A stretch of DNA of 64,000 bases from Candidatus Woesearchaeota archaeon (lineage in GTDB: Archaea; Nanobdellota; Nanobdellia; Woesearchaeales; JAGVYF01): assembly GCA_018303425.1 (NCBI GenBank), contig JAGVYF010000001.1, positions 3,539 to 67,538 on the forward strand. The letters run 5' to 3'. This document shows positions 59,104-64,000 of the stretch, in pieces. Position 1 is the stretch's first letter. Every line of letters begins with the position of its first letter. The position numbers and the translations under genes were made by a program. The notes below the pieces were generated by a model. It searched no databases. It had not been told where the DNA came from and saw only the letters and a program-made list of their open reading frames with translations.

Positions 59104-60582
59104 TTATGCTATTTTATTCCCTAATTTAATTTGTAAAATAAAATACATTGGCGTTACTAAAACTAATAAAGATAAACTTAAAACTAAAAATAATAATCTT
59201 AATCCAAATGCCTGAGCAAAATATGCGCCCAGCGGCACAAAAAATAAATATGGCAATGTTAATATTAACGAAAAAGTATTATAATATTTAGTCCTATTTT
59301 CGCTTTCTAAAGCATGGGTAATAAGCAATCCAATTGCAAGTCCGGTTATTGAGGCGCCAATAATGCCTATTATAGTAGCCATTGAAATCGCTAATAAATT
59401 AGGACTTAGGTAGTATGTCAATGGTTGTGTTGCTACCATTAAAGTGCCAAATGTTAATAACGGGAGGTTTCCATATTTTTTAGACAATAATCTAGCTATA
59501 GTTGTTGACATCAATGAAGAAAAAATTGAAATTATGAATATCATCGCAATATTAATAAAACCGCCGAATGCCATGTATTTAAAAATCTTATAAATGTATA
59601 AACCGTAATATATATTTCCTATTGTCTGCACTAGTCCGGTTGTTATGCTTGCGATTAAAGCGATCAATACAATTTTATTTTTGATTAGAAATGGAATATT
59701 AATAAAAACTTCTTTTAGGTAGTCTTTAACTATTTGTCCAATTGAAGTTTTAATCTCAAATCTTTCAGGTTTAATCAATACTTTCATAAATTGTGACGAA
59801 ATAGTAAAACAAATTGCAGCCAGACTTAACAATAAAACATAACCGGGTACTTTAAATATATCTCCAAATTTAAACAAGTTTTCGGATATAGGGTAATTGT
59901 CCAGGATGTAACTCCCGATTAATAATGAAATTCCAATAATGATTACGCCGTATTGTGGGAATTTGCCCAGCCGGGGTTTTTCTTTAATGTCTTTTAAAAA
60001 AGTGTTTGAATATGTTTGACCAAGATAAGCAGTCAAGATGCCAATTCCAACCAATAAAAAACCAATAGTGTATATCGAATTCCAAAATATTGCAAAGGCA
60101 ACAGATAAATAACTTAATCCCAACAAAATGCCTGCTAGATTAATTTCCCATGGTTTAAAATTTCTAACTTTTAAATATTCTTGGACTAATAAACCCATAA
60201 ATATGCTAAACAAGTCCTTTAAACCGTTCATTATGCCAATTATAAAATATGATGCGCCAATCTGTGATAAAATCACGTTAATAAATTGTTGGTTAACTAA
60301 ACCAGAACCTAGTTTTTCAAAAATTTCTTTGCCTAAATGTTTTTGATAATTGGTCTGTTCAATGTCACGTTTTTTTAGTTTTTCTAAAATCTTTGTTTCT
60401 TCGGCGCTTTTTGTGAATAAGATATTTTTTATTGTAGGAATATTATTTTCTTTTATTTTTTTTTCTTTTTTAGAAATAACATTTTCTACTTTAGAAGGTA
60501 ACATTTTTTCTGTATTAAAAGTCGGTTTTATTTCTTTTTTCTTAATCTGATTTCCAATTCCTATTTCAATGATACTCATCAA
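59104..60582 (-). CDS. polytopic membrane transporter-like protein (MFS-like) with about 80-aa Lys-rich cytoplasmic N-terminus
   Basis: About 12 hydrophobic helices after a KKEKKIKEN-rich leader. Confidence 0.35.
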   Translation of the reverse strand: MMSIIEIGIGNQIKKKEIKPTFNTEKMLPSKVENVISKKEKKIKENNIPTIKNILFTKSAEETKILEKLKKRDIEQTNYQKHLGKEIFEKLGSGLVNQQFINVILSQIGASYFIIGIMNGLKDLFSIFMGLLVQEYLKVRNFKPWEINLAGILLGLSYLSVAFAIFWNSIYTIGFLLVGIGILTAYLGQTYSNTFLKDIKEKPRLGKFPQYGVIIIGISLLIGSYILDNYPISENLFKFGDIFKVPGYVLLLSLAAICFTISSQFMKVLIKPERFEIKTSIGQIVKDYLKEVFINIPFLIKNKIVLIALIASITTGLVQTIGNIYYGLYIYKIFKYMAFGGFINIAMIFIISIFSSLMSTTIARLLSKKYGNLPLLTFGTLMVATQPLTYYLSPNLLAISMATIIGIIGASITGLAIGLLITHALESENRTKYYNTFSLILTLPYLFFVPLGAYFAQAFGLRLLFLVLSLSLLVLVTPMYFILQIKLGNKIA

Positions 60583-60808
60583 AGATAAATATTAAAAAGA
60601 ATGTATTTAAATCTTATGGAAATAAAATCTCCTGTTAAACAGAGCATTAGGTACCCTGTTTGTGAAGAAATAAAAAACTTTAAAATTTTTAATTTGATAA
60701 TTATATTGATTTTTAAAATAATTTGTTAAAATAGTTAAGTTTTATGAGATTAATTTTATTAAAATTGATTCAAAACATTTATAAAGTATATATATTATAA
60801 AATATAAG

Positions 60809-62095
60809 GTGGTAGATATGGGAATATTATCCCGATTATGGTCTAGACTAGTTATACTTTTTATTGGTAAACCTCCCGGGAAAATAATAAAAAAATGGGA
60901 ATTTAAAGCAGGGGGAGCTATTCTTAATTCTGCAACTATTTCGGATATTGATAATGACGGCCACATGGAAATAATTATTGGCACAAGCAAGGGTAAAATA
61001 TTTGTTTTATCAGCGAAAGGAAAAGTTAAGTGGGAAGGTTCTTTAAAAAAAGAAATTAGCGGAGTGAATTTAATGTTTTTAGATGAAAAAACGGTTAACA
61101 GTATAATTGCGTCACCAGTAATTCTCAAATCGAAAGGTAAGATAATTATTGTGGCTTGCAGCGCTTCCGGCATAGTTAAGGCATTTCATGGCGATGGAAG
61201 GTCATTTTGGGAGTTTAAAATCCAAGGAATTATTTTTGGAACGCCCCTGTGCGCAGATGTCAATAACGATGGAGAGAAAGAAATAATTTTTGGCACAAGC
61301 GATCATTATTTGTATGCAATTACAAATTGCGGCAAACTTTTATGGAAATATTGCGCAAAATCTCCTATTACTTCATCACCCGGATTTTATGAGGACAAAC
61401 CCAAGTTAATTTTATTTGGTACAGATAATGGTTTTCTTAAAGCAGTTAGTATAAATGGAAAGTTTAGGTGGAAATTCAAGACCAAAGGGAAAATTACTGC
61501 CAGACCAGTTATATCTGATATTTTTAATGATAAACATAAACGAATTATCGTGGGTTCAACTGATAAATCTTTATATGTTTTAAACAAGTTAGGCAAATTA
61601 GACTGGGAATATAAAACTCATGGGGAAATTTTTTCCCATGTAACTATTGGAGATGTTGATAAAGATAAAGATAAAGAAATATTTTTCGGGGCGGGTGATG
61701 ATAAGATTTATGCATTAGCCCCAAATAGTCAAAAGATTTGGAGTTATGAAACGGATTTTTGGGTAGTAACTTCTCCAATAATAACAGACATTAATGGCGA
61801 CGGGACAAATGAAATTGTAGTGGGATCATATGATAAATCCGTTTACGTTCTTGAGGGTAAAGGAACATTTGCGCTTAATTATATGCCTGGGTTATCAATA
61901 ATTGCCAGCCTGCCTGGGCATTTTACCCCATTTATCACTTCACAACCCGGCGAATTAGTTGGCAAGAGATTATGGAAAATCCGGTTAGGCAGTATGGTAA
62001 CTGGTTTAAATGTTATTGGTTCAAAGAATTTGCCAACTCAAGTAATTGTGAGCACTAAAGGAGGCAAACTTTATTGTTTAGGACATGAAAAATAA
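60809..62095 (+). CDS. beta-propeller repeat protein (FG-GAP/PQQ-like repeats)
   Basis: At least six repeats of (I/V)xDIDNDG..EIIxGTxDxxxY(A/V)L, e.g. SDIDNDGHMEIIIGT, ADVNNDGEKEIIFGT, TDINGDGTNEIVVGS. AGGTGG RBS. Confidence 0.6.
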   Translation: MVDMGILSRLWSRLVILFIGKPPGKIIKKWEFKAGGAILNSATISDIDNDGHMEIIIGTSKGKIFVLSAKGKVKWEGSLKKEISGVNLMFLDEKTVNSIIASPVILKSKGKIIIVACSASGIVKAFHGDGRSFWEFKIQGIIFGTPLCADVNNDGEKEIIFGTSDHYLYAITNCGKLLWKYCAKSPITSSPGFYEDKPKLILFGTDNGFLKAVSINGKFRWKFKTKGKITARPVISDIFNDKHKRIIVGSTDKSLYVLNKLGKLDWEYKTHGEIFSHVTIGDVDKDKDKEIFFGAGDDKIYALAPNSQKIWSYETDFWVVTSPIITDINGDGTNEIVVGSYDKSVYVLEGKGTFALNYMPGLSIIASLPGHFTPFITSQPGELVGKRLWKIRLGSMVTGLNVIGSKNLPTQVIVSTKGGKLYCLGHEK

Positions 62096-62954
62096 ACAAA
62101 AAAACATAATCGGAGCTTTGATTTTGTTATTGATTATTGGAGTTGTAAGCGCAGAGGATGTTGCAGAAACTGCAATTTGTATTCCAGATTGGACCTGCAC
62201 TGCCTGGTCATTATGTATAACGGATTATCAAAATAGAACTTGTACTGATACAAAATTTTGCGGGAATGAACCAGAATACTTTAAATCTAAACCTGCTGAA
62301 TTTAAAGAATGTGATGTTTCAACAGAAACATCGGATATAGTCCCGGATAGAGAAATAATTAGGTTTGGTATCAATACTTGCAGTGAAATATGGAAATGCG
62401 CCCCATGGTCTGTATGTACAGGAGGTAAGCAAACTCGAAAATGTTTTGACGAAAATGCTTGTGAAACTGAATTAAAAAAACCAATTATTGAACAATCTTG
62501 CGCAGGGGCATTAACCGTAGCTGAACAATCAACTCCACCCATACCTGAAAATCCAGATTCAACGTTAATGTATATTTACATATTAGGCAGTTTGATTATT
62601 ATAGGGGGGTTAGGGTTTGCAGGATATGTCTACTTAAATAAAAGAACAATATCTGTTTTAATACCTAAAACTGATTCTGTTTTAGATAATTATATAACTA
62701 AAATGAAAATTGCGGGGTTTACATCTGCGCAAATAAAAAATGAGCTTATTAAATCCGGTTACGATCCTGGAACAATAAATAAATATTTTCCGATGCATAA
62801 TCCCGAACTTAAAAAATTTACATTACAAATGTTAAGTGAAGGATATAATCCATTGCAAATCGGGGATCATTTGATTGTTTATGGGTATAGTCCGGAACAA
62901 ATCAAGGAGCATTTTGAACATATAAATATGGGTGAGATCAATGAAAATAATTGA
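62085..62954 (+). CDS. Cys-rich repeat membrane protein with cytoplasmic GY-repeat tail
   Basis: Signal peptide. Two about 35-aa modules CxPxWxCxxWSxCxxxxQxRxCxDxxxCxxE. One TM. Then three repeats ...(A)GF/GY.P.QI...LI..GY.P..I...F. Confidence 0.45.
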   Translation: MKNKQKNIIGALILLLIIGVVSAEDVAETAICIPDWTCTAWSLCITDYQNRTCTDTKFCGNEPEYFKSKPAEFKECDVSTETSDIVPDREIIRFGINTCSEIWKCAPWSVCTGGKQTRKCFDENACETELKKPIIEQSCAGALTVAEQSTPPIPENPDSTLMYIYILGSLIIIGGLGFAGYVYLNKRTISVLIPKTDSVLDNYITKMKIAGFTSAQIKNELIKSGYDPGTINKYFPMHNPELKKFTLQMLSEGYNPLQIGDHLIVYGYSPEQIKEHFEHINMGEINENN

Positions 62955-63735
62955 AAAAAAGAGTGATATTAGGCGCATCCCTTTACATATTGAAGGGTTT
63001 GATGAACAATTGGGCGGGGGCGTACCTGAAGGCCACGTTTGTTTAATGGCCGGTAAATCCGGTACAATGAAATCATCTGTTTCATTTAATTGTCTTTATC
63101 ATGAAGTAGCAGGAGGTAAAAATGCTCTATACTTATCGCTTGAACAATCTTCTGCATCTTTACTGAATCATATGATAGGCATGGATTTTGATTTATCAGA
63201 GATAAATGTTGTAATTTTGTCTGATATAGGCAAACTTGAAAAATGCATTGAAGCTGTAAATTCAACTAAAGGCAGTTTAATTCTTACGGATGTTGCAGCC
63301 ATAAGAAAACAAATGGGGGATATTAAGAGCATAGGGCCGCAGGCGGATTGGTTAAACGCAATCAAGAACATTGTAACTAAATTATCGAATGGCAATGCAT
63401 GCAACCTTTTTGTTCTTGATTCGCTATCTGCAATGTATGCTTTATCATCCATTAAAAATCCCAGAGCGGAACTTTTTTATGTGTTTGAATTTTTAAGAGA
63501 CCTTGGCTTAACTTCATTTCTTATAACTGAAATGTTTGGTGAACAGTTTGGAGAATTTGGGGTTGAGGATTACCTTTCAGATGGCATCATAAAGTTCGCA
63601 ATGGTACGGGACGGAAGAAAAGTTAGAAGAGAAGTAAACGTTGTAAAAATGAGGGCATCTGATACAAATAATGACGTGTTTATACTTGACTATAAAAATA
63701 AGACATTTAGAGCTTTAACAAAGTTACCTTATTAA
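62932..63735 (+). CDS. KaiC-like (RecA-superfamily) ATPase
   Basis: IEGFDEQLGGGVPEGHVCLMAGKSGTMKS (Walker A). KaiC/RadA-paralog architecture. 267 aa. Overlaps upstream gene. Confidence 0.65.
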   Translation: MRSMKIIEKKSDIRRIPLHIEGFDEQLGGGVPEGHVCLMAGKSGTMKSSVSFNCLYHEVAGGKNALYLSLEQSSASLLNHMIGMDFDLSEINVVILSDIGKLEKCIEAVNSTKGSLILTDVAAIRKQMGDIKSIGPQADWLNAIKNIVTKLSNGNACNLFVLDSLSAMYALSSIKNPRAELFYVFEFLRDLGLTSFLITEMFGEQFGEFGVEDYLSDGIIKFAMVRDGRKVRREVNVVKMRASDTNNDVFILDYKNKTFRALTKLPY

Positions 63736-63736
63736 G

Positions 63737-64000
63737 ATGAGAAGGCAAGATTTAAGAAAATTTGATATACATTTAATGATTTCAATACTTGGAACGTTCT
63801 GCGCCGCGTCTTTTTTTTTTATCTTGTTTTGGTCATTTAATTTTTTTATAATTAAAATAAAAGATTTAACTTTTTATCTTTGGGTGTCATACGGCGTCTT
63901 TTTTTTAATTGCTTTAATTGTGTATCTTACCACTAAACGACCTACAATCATATGGACCAAATCTGTTGAAGGTTCATTATCAACAAAATGCAAATATAAC
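63737..64000 (+). CDS. membrane protein, N-terminal part (runs off window)
   Basis: ATG 63737 two nt after KaiC-like stop. Hydrophobic segments. No stop before window end. Confidence 0.3.
   Translation, partial: MRRQDLRKFDIHLMISILGTFCAASFFFILFWSFNFFIIKIKDLTFYLWVSYGVFFLIALIVYLTTKRPTIIWTKSVEGSLSTKCKYN

Noticed and set aside
60809-63735. Archaellum (arl) operon interpretation of the KaiC-like ATPase region
   Set aside because: No ArlI-type secretion ATPase, archaellin or ArlJ pattern. Gene order does not match H-I-J.
1-64000. CRISPR arrays, integrases, transposases
   Set aside because: No regularly spaced direct repeats and no DDE/tyrosine-recombinase-like ORFs seen in any frame.

Overview
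Low-GC (~30%) archaeal chromosome segment. Archaeal markers: an HMf-type histone, ribosomal protein S17e, archease, archaeal-type PheRS alpha/beta, and leaderless genes with TATA boxes about 25 nt upstream.

The first ~42 kb (1..42.9 kb) is one very large glycan biosynthesis/decoration island. It contains:
- at least 9 GT2/GT4 glycosyltransferases (3 of them polyprenyl-phosphate GT2 types);
- 3 polytopic GT-C-like membrane glycosyltransferases;
- an AglH/WecA-like initiating phosphoglycosyltransferase;
- two UDP-sugar dehydrogenases and an SDR epimerase;
- two DegT-type aminotransferases;
- LbH and FemAB-like acyltransferases and a polysaccharide deacetylase;
- a Wzx-type flippase.

Interleaved with these in a modular pattern are:
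- FOUR B12-binding radical SAM enzymes;
- TWO SPASM-type radical SAM enzymes;
- FOUR class I SAM methyltransferases;
- a 913-aa pyruvate-kinase-like / ATP sulfurylase / APS kinase fusion (PAPS synthesis);
- three alkaline-phosphatase-superfamily enzymes (2 phosphodiesterase/NPP-like, 1 sulfatase-like);
- a small RHH regulator.

I interpret the island as a heavily methylated, probably sulfated surface-glycan pathway of unusual complexity.

Downstream of the island:
- an orphan 5S rRNA;
- a decayed variable region: an amber-interrupted bPH gene inside a GC-rich inverted-repeat-flanked element, other stop-riddled remnants, an NTase, and PD-(D/E)xK-fold proteins;
- rps17e;
- a tRNA that appears to carry three introns (positions 26/27, 37/38, 59/60);
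- two secreted/anchored surface proteins;
- hpt, pheS-pheT, histone, archease;
- a beta-propeller / Cys-rich membrane protein / KaiC-like ATPase operon.

No CRISPR array, transposase or integrase is visible.
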